From Fistulifera solaris (lineage: Eukaryota): 64,000 nt of DNA. Position 1 is the stretch's first letter; each line of letters begins with the position of its first letter. Below, piece after piece: positions 34,932-50,118 of this stretch. The stretch lies in the NCBI GenBank assembly GCA_030295235.1, contig AP026124.1, positions 248,001 through 312,000 of the forward strand. Direction: 5' to 3'. A program made the position numbers and the translations under genes. The notes below the pieces were generated by a model. It had not been told where the DNA came from. It worked only from the letters and a program-made list of their open reading frames with translations, and did no database searches.

Positions 34932-37900
34932 CTACTTTGAGTTTGAAGACATGTGTGAGATTTGTCTCACTTTGAATATTTCAGGCCTTTTCGAGAGCTG
35001 CGAGACCAGTTCTCGACCTGCAGCTTTGGGAAAAGCAGACTGAATCGCAAATTCCATTATCGCCGTCGGCCGATCACCCGAAGAGGAGCTTCGTAGTCCA
35101 TATTGGGCTACTTTCACCGGTGACCCATCGTCGTGAACGGGTATAGATTTGATGAGTTTGATTGTGTGTCCCAAAGCATCGTCACGATACTCCGCTTCTA
35201 CGCGAAGGAGTATTGTTTCGGGTCCGTGCTCTTTATCCAATGATACAATAGTAAATTCCCCTAGAATCGACTGAATTGCTTCTGCGACCTCGAGCGATCT
35301 GGGACGTTCGTTTGGAGCTTTGTTGAGCATACTTGTTATCAGGGATTTTAAGGTTGGAAATGATGTACCGACTTTCTGATTCCAATCGGAGGGGAACTTG
35401 TGCGCACGAAGATTGGTCAAGCAGACGCTTCTTTCCATGCCAGTATACATTGGATAGCACAGTTCAAATAGGATAATTCCAAGAGAGTATATATCAGTAG
35501 AAGAATCATAGTCAGATGCATTTGTTTGCTCAGGCGATGCGTAAGACCGGGTTCCCAGATTTGTAGTTAGTATCGCCCGGCTTGAATTGTTCGGACTCAC
35601 TGCATCTGAAATGTCATCTTCAGTGGATGCCTCGCGGCTTAGCCCAAAATCTCCCACTTTGATAATGCCTTTCGTATCCATAAAGCAGTTGCTTGCTATG
35701 AGTGGAGGAAGTGAAGGACAGCAAGCCGACATTAGCATGAAAGATCAAGCAAAATGAGTAACGAATTATGAGGCGGTGCAAGTGCATCACAAAATATAAA
35801 AGAAATGAGACTTACGCTTGAGATCTCGATGGATGAGGCCTTGGTCGTGGACGTATTGAACAGCCTGAGCAATCTGAACAAACAATTGGAGCGCCCTTGG
35901 GATATCGATCCCAGACTCGAGTGAGCCGCGTCTGGCTTCTTCATTCATAAGGAACTCTGCCACAGTACTCTGGCTGCAGAGTTGCATTTGAATGTAGAGC
36001 GTGTGCTTTGCTGCATTGGTTTTGTCAGATTGTGTGTTGGGTTTCATACTTATGTCCCTACTCAATGTCACATTTCGTTTGTGGGAAAACTTTGCATTTT
36101 CGAAAGTTTCCGTTTCAAGAGTTCTACTATCATCGTTCTTGCTCTCTGACATGAACTCAACATCGTTGTGAAAGTTTTTCGCAAGCCGATCTCTCCGTAA
36201 ACTTGAAAAACTAAAGTTGGATGTCTTGTTCCATCCTAAAGGGTTACGTGCATTCACGTGCGTCCGCTGCACATTGTACGCTGAATGGTGGTCATCTTCC
36301 GAGTCTGTAGTAAAAAGAGAATTGTCTGTTGTATCATCAAATGTTTTCTGCTCTTCAGGTCCATTGCTCCTTGCTGCTGAGACCGGCTTTTCGTCGTCGT
36401 CAATTTCAAGCCAAGCAGTGTAATATCGAACAATGTTAGGATGATCGAGTACAGCAAGAATCTTTACTTCACGAAGCACACGCTGTAGGCGCCTCTGAAA
36501 TCCGGGATCGCCGGAATCTGCGCCCTTGACAGATATTTTCTTGATAGCGTATTCGCGTCCGTCAAGAACATTTTTACATCGATAAATCCTGCCGAATCCA
36601 CCAGCACCCAGCGCCTCAAATTCCTCAAACTCCGATGCATATCGAGAGTACCGAACCAAAGGTATGCCTCCCAGTTGAACAGGTTGTTTAGAATCTTCAA
36701 CAGGGCGCTGATTTTGTTCATTACCGGAAGCGGAAAGGATCATGCCATTGTCCTCGTTTTTGGACATGGCAGCGCTTCTCGACAAGTCATTCTTGCCCGT
36801 GAAGTTTGTGCTTTCTACAAAAGCTCCAGGTAAACTTTGGCTCCTTTTCAAGTTACCAGATCGAGGTGGGAGTTTTGAAGTAGAAGTTTCCAGGTCAAGC
36901 GAATAGGCAACATGGGGCCGTTTCTTCCTCGCGTCCGTCGTTGCTTCCAACAACCATTTTCTCTTTTTTGAGTTGTACAACCGATGGAGACCTACCGACA
37001 AAACAACCACACAAATCGCGAGAAATTCGACTACTCGCCAGCTCAACAAAAGTCCTCCCGATTGGATAGAAGTTCGCTGAGGAAGGGAAGTAAGAGTTGC
37101 TTTTTCAGGTTTGTTGAAGACAAATCCAAGTCTAGCTTCAAAAGTATCGTCTTCAACGAGACAAGTATTCCCAATAGAAAGCGCTGTTTGTCTGTGATTT
37201 CTAGACTCTCCAGAAGGAAGCAATTTTTGGGGCTCTTTTCGTCCCACATCCCATCCCACTTCTTGCGGGCGATAGTGCGCACGAGCTGCCTCCCCATGCC
37301 GCTTTTGACCAAGTCTCATCATGTTCTACAGTTTCGCGAGGCGGATAGGTGAGCTCTAACTGTTTGCTTTCCGTCTCTTCGCTCATTTCATCGAAGTCGA
37401 GGTCACTTTCTACGACTGTGACCGTAGTCCATTGCCCGTTGCTTATTCCAAAAACAGAGGAAAGGACGCTGGGAGTAGTCTGTTGCCATAAAATGCTGCC
37501 ATTCTCCGGATCCACCGCAGATAATGTGCGACCAGCATTTGAAAACAAGATAGAGGGCATTTTCGCTTGTCTGAAATGACTCTCCGTCAGGCCCACGAAA
37601 TCATCTTCATCTGCCTCGAGGACAGTCTCGTCATCAAACAAAACATCTCGAAAATCCAATGCTTGATAGTTCCCCAGTGAAACATTCCAAGCTTGTTCCC
37701 CTGTAGACTCGGAAACATGTCGAATCCAGTACTCCTTTCTTTGTAAAAGTAACGCAGCTTCCGTCGGCCGCTTTTCTCTTGAAATGGACTCCCCATTTTC
37801 CGTCTTCCACAAAAGATGCCCCTTATCATCCAATGCGATAAGACTTGTTTCTGACGATGCCGTTAAAATTCCGCATTCCTGTGTAGTGGGAGTACAGCTT

Positions 37901-38331
37901 CGGATGGGATGCTCCAAGATAGAATGGATGGAAAAAGGTAGCACTTCAAGAGACGGGTCACCGCTTTCAGAGAGTTCTGAATAGGAATACAAGCGACCGT
38001 CCAAGCCTGGAACAATCGACACGGATGAGTCCTCTGGCTGCTGCTCTTCGGAAAGTACAGTATCCGATCTATGTTTTTGTAACAGCGGATCCGTGGAAAC
38101 ACTCGCCTCTAATTTTCCAGTCCACGCATTCATTGTGACCAACGTCCCGTCCGTCAAGGATAGAAGTAAAAACGACGACGAGCGGTCATCGCTCTTGCCG
38201 TTAAACGAAGGAATGGAATGTGTTTCTTCATTGTTTAAGGACGCCAAGGAAAGCACCATCAGATAGGAAATAAAAAGAGCGAGGAGAGCGCATTTGAGAG
38301 ACCGTCTTTTACGTGACCGAATTCCGTACAT
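34932..38331 (-). CDS. PERK-like transmembrane eIF2-alpha kinase
   Basis: Signal peptide, IRE1/PERK-luminal-like region (SLTDGTLVTMNAWTG, IVPGLDGRLY, WNVS), TM helix, SRYASEFEE..LGAGGFG, YAIKK, LDHPNIVRYYTAW, a long kinase insert and LYIQMQLC. HRDLKPSN spans intron 35815-35696, followed by GDFGL and GTRSYASPEQ. Frameshift near 37325. Confidence 0.85.
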
Positions 38332-38929
38332 TTTGGAACATGTAGTTGGATCTCTACGCCACAAATAAGCTTCCCTTCACAGTGTTGATTTCGCAAGGGG
38401 GTTGAATGTGTTGCTCTGTAGAAGACAAAGGACTTTCTCGCCCGCTCTGAACGCTGCCGGAAAATGCTCGTTTCCTCATGGTGTCGTCGTTGTGTCGTGC
38501 AGTGTCTTGGGTCTTCCGAAAAATCGCTAGCTGGAACTTTCCACGTCGTATCGGTATCCAATAAGTACAACCCATAACGTCTGACATCACTGACACATGA
38601 CTTCGTTTTTGTATCCAAAACCATAATGAATATTTTATCGAAGGTACTTTTGTATCCGAGATATTGTAGGCCCAAGTTCGCGTCTGCATGTCTGCATTCG
38701 CAATGAAGCGTCGTATCGTGATTCCGATTAAACACACCGACGATGATTGTGCGCGATGGATGCGAATGCGATGATGTGTCTCTCGATCGTACCAGGTATC
38801 TTGACCTGAATCAGATTCACAAAATAAACAATTCGATCTCCTACTATCGAGAAAGACGTTTCCCCAGCTAAATATTATAGCTCGTCGTACCCAGCTGTAT
38901 TTTCGACTACATCACTGCCTTTCTTGACG

Positions 38930-40453
38930 ATGAAGATCTCATTCGCAGCAATCACGTGCCTGGCTCTTTCGACCACGTCGGCTGGTGCCTTCGCACCCAG
39001 CACCAACTCTCCGCATCGGATCTCTACAGAACTAAATGCGTCGCCGAAATGGTTGCAAAAGGCACAACAGACACTAGTCACAGCTGGTGTTGCTGCAAGT
39101 CTGTGGTCGGCACCCGCTTTTCTGGACTCAACCGGCTTCTTTCCGACCACATCGACCGTCACCGCCAAGGAAATGGCCAGCGGAAGTGGCTCGCGAGTGA
39201 ACAAAGACGCCGAGTCTCTTCTACGTTACGGCCTTCCCATAAATAATAAGGAGGTATGTATTGTTTATGGCGAACATTGCCTTGTCTGTTTATCTGCGAG
39301 CTCGCCTGACATTCTTGATTGTTTGTCATGATTTCATATTCTCACCTTTTCCCCTTACTGATCAGGTTCGAAAACTACAAGTTGTTCTAGAAGATGTCAA
39401 GTACGACATTCAATCAAAGCGAAAGGGAGCCGCATTGTCGGGGAGCCAGAAAGCCAAGGCAATTCTAAACAGCAAAGATACGGAGAAGATGAAAGCCGCT
39501 TGTCGCGAGCCAGATGTCTGCCAGAAGTACATCACCGCCATGATACAAGAAATGGATCCTCTTTCGGCCGCCTTGAAGGAATCGCAGGATACATTTCAAG
39601 GCAGTGATCAAGAGCGAGCTGCCCTGGATAAAGCCTATGAGGCACAGAACAAAGCGGTAGCAAGTCTTTCTCTTCTTGAAGAGCAGATGGTGCCAAAGGG
39701 GTACAAAGTTCCCGTTCCGGAAGAATACAACGATTTGCCACAATTACAGGGACGCGCAACGGTCACAATGACTTTGGTGAAACCCAACAAAGCTCCTTTC
39801 CAGGTGGACGCCGTGTCCTATCCCGAAGCGAAAATGAAAGTGGTGATTGATGGTTATAATGCTCCAGTTACAGGTGGAAACTTTTTGGAGTTGGTTCAGA
39901 AGGGTTTCTACGACAAAATGCCGATTCAACGTTCGGACGGATTTGTAGTGCAAACGGGAAGACCAGAAGGCAATGCTGAGGGATATGTTGCTCCCGGAAG
40001 CAAGAGCGTAGGGAATGGCAAGAACGGCGAACGTCTTATTCCTCTCGAGATTTTTGTGAAAGGTGACAAGGCTCCCATTTATGAAGTTACCATTGAGGAC
40101 GAAGGACGAGGTGGAGAAGCGACAGTCATTCCTTTCAGTAGTTATGGTGCCATGGGATGGGCGCGTGAAGAATACGACCCCAATTCCGGAAGTTCCCAAT
40201 TCTTTTGGCTTCTCTTCGACTCAGACTTGACACCGGCGGGAAAGAATGTTTTGGATGGCAGATACCCATGGTACGTACCGACTTAGCAAACTGTCTCATG
40301 TAACGTTAATACTTGCTTTGAAGCTCACCGCTCTGCTTTAGTTTTGGGTACGTGGTGGAAGGCGCTGACTTTTTGAAGGCAGTGGAAGAAGGCGATATCA
40401 TTGTGTCAGCCAAGGTAACAGAAGGTGCCGAGAACTTGATCTTGCCAAAGTAA
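38930..40453 (+). CDS. CYP38: Thylakoid-lumen cyclophilin, CYP38/TLP40 type, with bipartite plastid presequence
   Basis: Signal peptide plus AGAFAP, KDAESLLRYGLPI, LPQLQGRATV, DGYNAPVTGGNF, GFVVQTG, SGSSQFFW and LDGRY. Introns at ~39254-39365 and ~40272-40341. Confidence 0.88.
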
Positions 40454-41176
40454 GTTAAGAACTCGCTACAGCTCGGCTAGGACACATAATTGCACAGTCT
40501 ACAAATATTTCAAGCTAATTGTGATGGTTACGGCGTTGTAACGAGGGGCGCTACTTGACCGCTGAATCACTGCCCAGAGGCTATTAAAAAAAGTTAAAAG
40601 TATAAGGTTAGCTAAAGACTGATTGCTGGCACCTATTTTAAATTTTGATGCAGTAGTCTAAGGTTCCGTGTCAACGAAACTTTATTTGGCTTCGGACGAC
40701 AGGTCAACAATTCCTGCTTTGTCGAGCATGACTGCCCGTAGGAAAAGATGATTTTCTAAATAATATTTCGTACATCGAAATGAAGCTTTGTTATATGAAA
40801 TGGTGCGTAAAGTGTGAAATGAATCTTTTTCGGGCGACTGATCGGTTTTCCAGGTTCTTCTGTACTTCTCCAATACCAATGACCCTGTCAGAAGCCTTCT
40901 CGTAAGAAGAAAACAGAGAAACAAACATTTCAGAGTGAGAAAGGCGGAATGAAAAAGCGAGTGGAATTTGGTCATGAGCAAAGGTACAGGTCATACTCTT
41001 CCTATCAAAAACTCAATCTCATCATTCATCGGCACGATTCCCCGAGTTTCTATCTGACATTTTGCCAACTAGCTCGGTTAATTCGGTTTCCGATTTGTGT
41101 AACGTAAGCGAGTCTCTTTTCATAATCATTCTGTTTCGGTAGCAAACTCTTTATAAGATGTTGAACGTACATGTTG

Positions 41177-41865
41177 TTAGTCCACCAACATTTGCTTGGC
41201 AATCTCATCTCGTTTTTCCTTTCCAAATAGATGTTCCCCCAATGTGAGTGCAAATTGAATCGATGTACCGGGACCTTGCGACGTGATCATATTTTCGGTC
41301 ACTACGACAAGATCTTTGGAGTAATTGGGAATCGTTTCTTGAAAATGAGGTGCCGGGTAACATGTCGCAGCCGCTCCCTCCTCGATCAACCCGTGCGTCG
41401 CCAAGGCCACGGCCGGTGCCGCACAGATCGCACCAAACAATTTGTTGGCACTTTTTGTTTCCGCAGCAATTCAATGAGCGGCTCACAATCCCGTAAAGCT
41501 TCCGCCCCGGGTAGGCCACCGGGCAACACAATCAAGTCCCATTCGCGGGTCACCGCGTCTTCGATGACTTGATCGGCTTGTACTTGAATACCCCGACTCA
41601 TCGTACAAAGCAATGTTCCGTCAGGGTTCACCGAGGCTGTAGTTACTTTTGCACCAAATCGAGTCAATGTATCGGTAATGCAGGTTGTTTCGATTTCTTC
41701 ACTCCCATGGGCGATGGGCACTAAGACTTGTTTCGTCATGCTTCGAGCGGTGGAAGAATAGAAAGTAGATGATAACGGCGATGACTTGAAAGCGGAACTG
41801 AAGCTTAGAAAAGCGAGAAGAGGAGTGTTTCGAGAAAGCAAGAGTCTCTTTGCGAGGAATGACAT
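41177..41865 (-). CDS. DJ-1/ThiJ/YajL family protein with an N-terminal targeting-like extension
   Basis: VLVPIAHGSEEIE, DLIVLPGGLPGA, AICAAP (catalytic Cys), ATCYP and ITSQGPGT. Frameshift in a homopolymer near 41455. Confidence 0.9.
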
Positions 41866-42206
41866 ATTAGACGAGTAAAAATAATGAGAAGCTTATTACA
41901 AAACATAGAATGAGATCTGTTTGTGGGGCAGCGGTTTTGCGTTTGCATGGATTTGTTAGAAGGCGGCGTTTCCGATCATGACGGACGACTCAGGACTGAA
42001 ACGAAAGCGCTTTGCTCGTCGGTGCGCCCGTCCCCTGCGATCGACAGCGTGTTTCTCTCATCATCAACCCCACAAAAAAAAAGTAAGGCGTTCATGTTTC
42101 CCACATTAAAAGTACCTAGTATTTCATAGCCCGATATTACCTGGTGCTCTTCGTGACGAATCATTTCAATACCTCCTCGTCTTGACAAAACTCCCCGGGT
42201 TGTTGC

Positions 42207-43482
<1,276 letters not shown>

Positions 43483-44031
43483 GTGAATCATCATGAATTA
43501 TAAGTGGGTGAAAGGCGTTAAACATCCCTTTACAAAGCCATGTTGCTATGTCAAAAATGTGTCGATGTTTCTTCAATCGTTTGTTTCCATGTTTACTATG
43601 GATCTAAGTGTAGGCTGTAGTTATCCACGACTGAATTTAGTCATGAGTCAACTCTGTTCCCAGACAGCCTATTAACGAAAATGATTTCTTGCTCATAGCT
43701 TGGTGAGCTACATCCTGTCATTTATAGCGGTTTATGCACCTTGGACAGCATCTGCACTGCACGCCTTGATTATCAGCGTGGTTAATCATTTTGCATCGTT
43801 TTGTGTCCATATTTACTATAGACCTAAAGTGAAGGCGACCTTTCGTCACGACTGCATTGCAGTCACGAACTCTGCAAACCGCCAAAGACGCAAAATTGAT
43901 GAACGATCGCGGACGATGCGACGAACTACTACCATGCCATGATAATTGTTTGAGGGAGCTTGTATTGTTAAAAAGGCCTTAATTTTTAGATTTCATACTG
44001 TGCAGCGCGTACTGCAATTTCTGAACGAAAC

Positions 44032-45720
44032 ATGAGCAAGCCGCCCTCACGCCGCCGAAGCCGTGGACAAGGGCCTCTGCGGCTTTCGTGGCCCACAACG
44101 CAACAATCACAAACTGCAACGAGTCAAACAGCACACGAAAACACAAAGCGTACTCGCTCGCTGTGGTCGGACGAGTATGCTCCCACTTCTATCAATGATT
44201 TATGTGTTGCTCCTAAAAAGGTCAAGGAAGTTACCGCCTGGCTGGATCAGTCAAATTCGAAGCTTTTGATTCTCGTGGGAAGTCCAGGAATAGGAAAGTC
44301 GACAATGATTCATCTATTATTGAAGGAACGGAACTTGAAAGTACTCGAATGGAACGAGTCGTTTTCTTCTTTGAATATGAACGGGTCTTCGCGGAACGGT
44401 TCGACGCTATCATCCATAGAATATCAATCACCCGTTGATTCTTTTCATCAATTTCTCGAGGAAGCTGGTACAGGCTATCATCCGATATCAATATCTGGTG
44501 AAACAGACAGTCGCAGTACGGCTATTCTTCTGGATGATTTACCTTACTTGCATACTGCCGAGACTCAAGCACGATTTCGGCGTTTATTCCAGCAACATTT
44601 AGAACAATCGAGAATCCCTACAATTCTTATCATGAGTGACGTAACGGAAGGAAAATGTCAACACTTGACTGACTATCTAGACAACAGATTTCTTTACAAC
44701 TCAGGTTTGGTCACTATTATTCACGTCAATACACCGACACGATCTCGCTTTGTTTCCAAAGTTGTTCAACGAGTGACTGCCTTTGCTGGGATCAACATCT
44801 CTGTTGGCGCAGCCGAAGATATATATGATCGCGTCGAAGGTGATGCTAGGGCAGCGTTAGCTACATTGCAGTTTGAGTATGTTGGAAGGAAGAAAGGGCA
44901 GCGTACTGCAAAGTTTCATGGTGGAGTTATGCGTGATAAGAAACTCAATACATTCCATGCTCTCGGCAAGCTGCTTTATGCGAAAAGACAATCCATGTCT
45001 GTTAGTCCTCACGAACGTCCTCCCTTGGAGTTTGACCCCGAATGGGTGGTAGAACAAAGCGATTCCGAGTTGTCGAACGTCTTGGCGTTTCTCGGTTTTC
45101 ACAGCGTTGAGTTTTACACCGATATTTCCGATTTCAGTGAAGCTACTCATTGCTTATCCGATGCGGCTTTATGGTTGAGTCAATCACACTTGACAGGGAA
45201 CTATACGAAACACAGCCCATCCCACGTTTTTCCGGACGCCTATGTTACATCTTTGGCTGGCCGCACAGTGGCTTGGACGAATCAGCACCCCGCTGTATCT
45301 CGTTTTCGTCAATTCAGTGCCCCGCCTATTTACCAGGTCGTTCGGAAACGTCGAGACAACCAGAATCAACTAGACCAATGGAGAGAGAGCCTTTTGAATC
45401 ATGGCGTGATTCACGATCTGGCGAATTCCACGGCCTGGTCGACCGAAATTGTGCCTTTCGCGCGCAAAATCTTACCCCAATCGATGACTAGTTCGTTAGA
45501 TGATCTCCAGTCGCAGTTTCGTCCTATGGAATACCATCCGAATGACGTGCAGGAAGCCAAGGAAGCGGAAATGCAATGGATAGAACAACAAACCTTATTC
45601 CAAGAGGATGACATTACTGGATATGACAGCGACGAAGATAATACAAAGTTCGTTACCACGACCCACAGCGCAGTCGCAACGACACCTACAGCATCACCGA
45701 CTTCAGCAATAGAATCGTGA
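44032..45720 (+). CDS. RAD17: RAD17/Rad24 checkpoint clamp loader
   Basis: LWSDEYAP...LCVAPKKVKEV, Walker A GSPGIGKST, ILLDDLP, GDARAA and RDKKLNTFHALGKLLYAKR. Confidence 0.88.
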   Translation: MSKPPSRRRSRGQGPLRLSWPTTQQSQTATSQTAHENTKRTRSLWSDEYAPTSINDLCVAPKKVKEVTAWLDQSNSKLLILVGSPGIGKSTMIHLLLKERNLKVLEWNESFSSLNMNGSSRNGSTLSSIEYQSPVDSFHQFLEEAGTGYHPISISGETDSRSTAILLDDLPYLHTAETQARFRRLFQQHLEQSRIPTILIMSDVTEGKCQHLTDYLDNRFLYNSGLVTIIHVNTPTRSRFVSKVVQRVTAFAGINISVGAAEDIYDRVEGDARAALATLQFEYVGRKKGQRTAKFHGGVMRDKKLNTFHALGKLLYAKRQSMSVSPHERPPLEFDPEWVVEQSDSELSNVLAFLGFHSVEFYTDISDFSEATHCLSDAALWLSQSHLTGNYTKHSPSHVFPDAYVTSLAGRTVAWTNQHPAVSRFRQFSAPPIYQVVRKRRDNQNQLDQWRESLLNHGVIHDLANSTAWSTEIVPFARKILPQSMTSSLDDLQSQFRPMEYHPNDVQEAKEAEMQWIEQQTLFQEDDITGYDSDEDNTKFVTTTHSAVATTPTASPTSAIES

Positions 45721-46348
45721 CTATAGCTGAGGATTTATGCTTGAGTTACTTGTACATCGACTGTCGACGATTGTTTTAGTTTTATAATGATTTTGCCATG
45801 TATAGTATTTCATTTCAGAGAGGAATTTTCTTCCGCATTCGTGACTATACAACGTCCCTATGCTTGAAGTTTGCACAGGTTTAAAGGCTCCCTGGATTGA
45901 AAACTAGGTACAAGTATTAAACCATTAAGAAGGATAAAGCATACCGGGTACTACGTAGTCGTTCCCTCCACCTGGAAGTGAGCTAAGGACAGTCTTACCG
46001 TTACTGGAACGGGGATCAAAGTGGAAGTCGAACTCAGTCAGAACGGTACTTTGATTTCTAGAGTGTCAGTCTCCAAACTCACGTCAGACGTCAGACTCTT
46101 TTCAACCATTAATTGAGTCACGTTTTGGTACACCAAAGACAATATAAATCATACGGGACTGCCAAGTTGAACTGACCGTTTTTCGATTGACTTTTGACAT
46201 CGCACACAGGACCTCTCGATTATTATTTGATGGACACAGACATCAGCAGCAATAACGCAAACTTACTTTGTAATAAGCTGCAGCGTTGTTACTTTGTTCT
46301 CAACATTACAACTGAATAGAATCTGTCGAGTAATTTGTAAGAGAAGCC

Positions 46349-47778
46349 ATGGGAAAGAAAGCGAGAACTAACCGAGGAAAGGAAAGGGCTTTGGGTCGAC
46401 GACTTGACGTGTCGACCTTACCGCCGCCGCCTGTTCCCGTCGATAGTGAGGTAAGCAAGCCTAGAGATACCGTTTTTTGCTATTAATTCGAAACGACGAC
46501 TCAGATTATTCCCTTTTTATAAAAGCTCGGCTCGGCGAAACTTCTCGATGAACCAAAGACGCCTGGTACCGGTCACAAAGCACTCGATCAGGATGGTTAC
46601 GACGACGGTGGTGTTGCCGATTTAACTCTCGTCATCGATCTGGAAGACAGTGCACTTCGTCGCAAACGTGGAGAGACCGCGTATTTCTCTGCACTCAAGG
46701 CGGACTTGCTTCCTCGTGTTACCACTGGTCAAATGGCATCGTTGACTCGCCGCGACCAGAAAATTCGTTTGGCCAAAATTTTGTTTGGTGATGAAGAGGA
46801 GCAAGAGGAAGAGAGCCCTTCGGAAGTTTACATGGATAAGGTCGATGGGCAGGAAGACGCAAAAACCAAGGCTCGTCGACAGGAGCGTCTCAACGCTGCT
46901 AAGTATGCCTTGCGTTTGAGCACCGTGCTAAGAGAGCCGGCTTGCTCGAGTTTGAGTCTTTCCGAAATCAGCAAGCGCTACTTGAACTGCTTTGGAAAAG
47001 AAGGCGCCGAAGCTGCTTTGCGCTGTGCGGATAAAGCGGTCGAAATTGCGTCTGACGGATTCTATGACAGTGATACCATTGCCGTAGAGGTGAGTTTCGA
47101 AAAGTTGGGATGCGACGTTGTTTCTTCGCTTTTTATCAAGGTAACTAACACAATAATCCGAAACATAGGCTGACGAGGAACCCAAAATCGATCCTAAGTA
47201 CGAAAAAAACGCAACAAGTCCTGGACTTGCGAATCCGACATCGCTCAAGTTGCAGCCACTACGCGTCTCGCAGTTGTGCTTGCGATCGGCATACCTTCAC
47301 CGCGGAAACGCGCTACGTGCTCTGGGTCGGGATGCCGAAGCGCGTGAGTCCTACTCCAAAGTATTGCCGATGCTTGAGAAAGAACCCCGTTGCGGTCGTC
47401 TAGATTGGGAGCGGATGTCAATTATCGTGAACATCGGAAACACATTCAACTCAGAAGGTGACTATGCCAAAGCTGTCGAACAGTATGATAAGGCCGAAAA
47501 GCTTGGAAAGGACCACTTGGATGCTGAAGATGGCAACAAAACGGATGGAATGGGGATTATGTTGGCCGCCATGCGTGCCAGAGCTTTTGCGATGAAGAAG
47601 GCTGGTAAGGAAGATGAAGCCAAGACGAAGTTGCGCGAGGTGTTGGAACTGCAGATGAAGCTCAACGTGGAGCTAGAAAAGAAGAAAAAAAGAAGAGGAA
47701 GAGGCTGTCAGAAAGGCTCTCGAGGCTCAACGAAACCCTGTCCATGTGATAGAAGATGATATGGCTGTTGATAGTTAA
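46349..47778 (+). CDS. TPR-like helical repeat protein
   Basis: Exons separated by introns at ~46451-46525 and ~47090-47169. TPR-like segments [13 protein letters not shown] and [19 protein letters not shown]. Frameshift near 47690. Confidence 0.65.
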
Positions 47779-48013
47779 GAGTTGCATCTTACAACGATCG
47801 ACGATTTCGCCTTAATAAATGAAAATCTACAAGTTGTTATGTATTTGGCGTGTTAGGCAAATCTTTTGAGAGCAACAACTGCAAGTTGTTGCTGTAACAT
47901 GATTAATTTTGTTTAATATAGCGATTTGTCAATTTCTTCAATCACCGCCATGCTGAGCATGTTAGCTCGTAAAGGTTTAGGTCTACATGATTCTCCATTG
48001 AACCTACGAATCT

Positions 48014-49567
48014 TTACCAGGTACTGCCTCGCGGATGCGCAATCAGCGATACACCGCCCCGCGGTAAGACAGTGAAACCTACTTGCATATCTTTCGTTTC
48101 TGCTGGTTCCCCTGATGGAATCTGAAAGTCGAAAGCATTCAGCAATTGCGCCAAAAAGATTCGTAGTATTATGTGAGCGAGTGGCTGACCAACACAATTT
48201 CGCGGTCCGTGCGCAAAGGGCATATACGAGCCTGGCACCACCTCGTGCCCCTTCTCCAGCCAACGCTCTGGTTTGAATTCGTTCGGATTATCCCAAAACG
48301 CATCGTTCCGGTGCAAACCATAGATCCAGACGCACGCGAGCGCTCCTTGGGGCAGAATCACAGATGGTCGTCCATCTATTCCCGGTAACTCCGTCGGCTG
48401 CGTGATCTTCCGCACAATAAAAGGTGCGACCGGGTACAATCGCATGGATTCCTTGAAAACTGCATCCAACCAAGGCATTTTGGAAAAGTCCGCCCGCGAC
48501 ACATCCTTCGATTCCTTCATAACCGCTCGCACTTCGGCCGCCACTGTTCGCTGGATGTCTGGGTGTAAGCTCAGTAAATGCAACGTCCACGACAACGTAG
48601 CAGCGGACGTATCTTGTCCCGCAAACAATAAAGTGATTGCTTCGAAAATCAAGTTTTCGGAGAATACCACGCGGTTGTCTTGGTAAGTTGGCATTTGTTG
48701 CAACGCATCGAGAGGCGATCCGGGTTGAGCGTCGCGACAGGCTTGGGTGGCAAATTCTCGAATCGGTATCATGGTTTCTTCTTCTTGCTGGAAGAGCGCC
48801 GAACAGGTTCGGTAGAGCCAGCGCGGTAATAAGAACCAGAGCGAACGCGATTGGGCCAGAATGATGAGTCGTATCCGAATCACCGACTCCAGGTACGATG
48901 ATACTAAATTAGATTGTTTCTTGGGAAGTTCGGCGTGTGTAATATAGCGATAGATGAGGGAAATGGTCGCTGTTTGCAAAATAGGTACAATGTTGCGTGG
49001 CTCTTGTTGGGTTTGTTGTAAGGTCTGGACCAACGTTTGTGCCGCAAGATTCACTTGTTGCTCGAGATGGGTCTCCCAATTCCCTTCCGGTGTTCGAAAC
49101 AAAGCGTGTATTACCGCGGCTCGTTTGTTTTTCCAGTCTTGACCATCGGCTGTGAAGACTCCTTGTCCACAAAAGTTTTGAAAGTGATTGTAGGCGGGAG
49201 CTTTGACGATACCGGTCGCTTCGAGCCACGGCGATTTCTTGTGTTTGGTGGGAGAGAGGATTGCGAGGGCAGCTGTGGGATGAGCTACGTGTACGACTGC
49301 CGTCGAAAGACCATAGACTGTCCCGTACATATCATAAGGACCTTGAAGGGCTTTCATTCGGGGTAATATATTGGTGATGGTGGAGGAGGAGAGTTTTTGG
49401 GTTGATCTTCTACAACATTGTAGTTCCAAAATTTGGGTCGCCAGTAGACCGTTGGCAAGCCACATTGCACGAGACGCTCGTACGTGATTCTTCTCCGTAT
49501 CCAACAATAACAAAGTATAGCAGTAAGAAAGAATGTCACTGTACTGAGACAGGGATGTTGATGGCAT
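48014..49567 (-). CDS. Cytochrome P450
   Basis: I-helix AGQDTS, ExxR (ESMR), PERW and heme motif [11 protein letters not shown]. The N-terminus is probably frameshifted near 49395. Confidence 0.93.
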   Translation of the reverse strand: MPSTSLSQYSDILSYCYTLLLLDTEKNHVRASRAMWLANGLLATQILELQCCRRSTQKLSSSTITNILPRMKALQGPYDMYGTVYGLSTAVVHVAHPTAALAILSPTKHKKSPWLEATGIVKAPAYNHFQNFCGQGVFTADGQDWKNKRAAVIHALFRTPEGNWETHLEQQVNLAAQTLVQTLQQTQQEPRNIVPILQTATISLIYRYITHAELPKKQSNLVSSYLESVIRIRLIILAQSRSLWFLLPRWLYRTCSALFQQEEETMIPIREFATQACRDAQPGSPLDALQQMPTYQDNRVVFSENLIFEAITLLFAGQDTSAATLSWTLHLLSLHPDIQRTVAAEVRAVMKESKDVSRADFSKMPWLDAVFKESMRLYPVAPFIVRKITQPTELPGIDGRPSVILPQGALACVWIYGLHRNDAFWDNPNEFKPERWLEKGHEVVPGSYMPFAHGPRNCVGQPLAHIILRIFLAQLLNAFDFQIPSGEPAETKDMQVGFTVLPRGGVSLIAHPRGSTW

Positions 49568-50118
49568 ATTGATTGGATGTGATGGACGCAGTCCAGTGTT
49601 GACGAATACATCCTAATTAGTGTTTCAGCGAACGGTATTTTTGCAGCGCCCAAAGAAGTTCTTGCAAGCACAAAGGCATCTGATAGTATTTGCAGCTGCA
49701 CACCAGGAATGATGTTGATAGACAAGTTTGATCAAAGGATAGATAAATAATAATGATGACAAGTAAGTTTTGTGATGATGCGTGATGCTCCTCGAAAGCC
49801 GACGACAAAGTGGACGAGAATGGTCAAGAACATCATCAGTGACGTAGGTCATGTCTCACTGGCAAGACGTGTTGCACTCAGTCGCGCGCATCGCGCACAA
49901 AGTGCAACAAAAAGCGCGAGCCGCGCGAAAAGATACGGCAAACGCGACAGCTGTTGGTTGCACCTCTTTTTCGTGGGTTGTTCGCCTTCTGTCTCTCTAG
50001 AGCGAATCTTCTCGTTCGGCTTTCTCCGTGTTCTCCATTCATTTTTTTTTGTTTTTTTGCTCTCCATTCTACGTGGTATTCTTCTCCTATAACACACTGA
50101 GTGAAACATCGATCAACA

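Noticed and set aside
35696..35815. snoRNA in the 120-nt intron of the PERK-like gene
   Set aside because: GTGATG is present, but there is no CTGA box and no rRNA-complementary guide that I can recognise.
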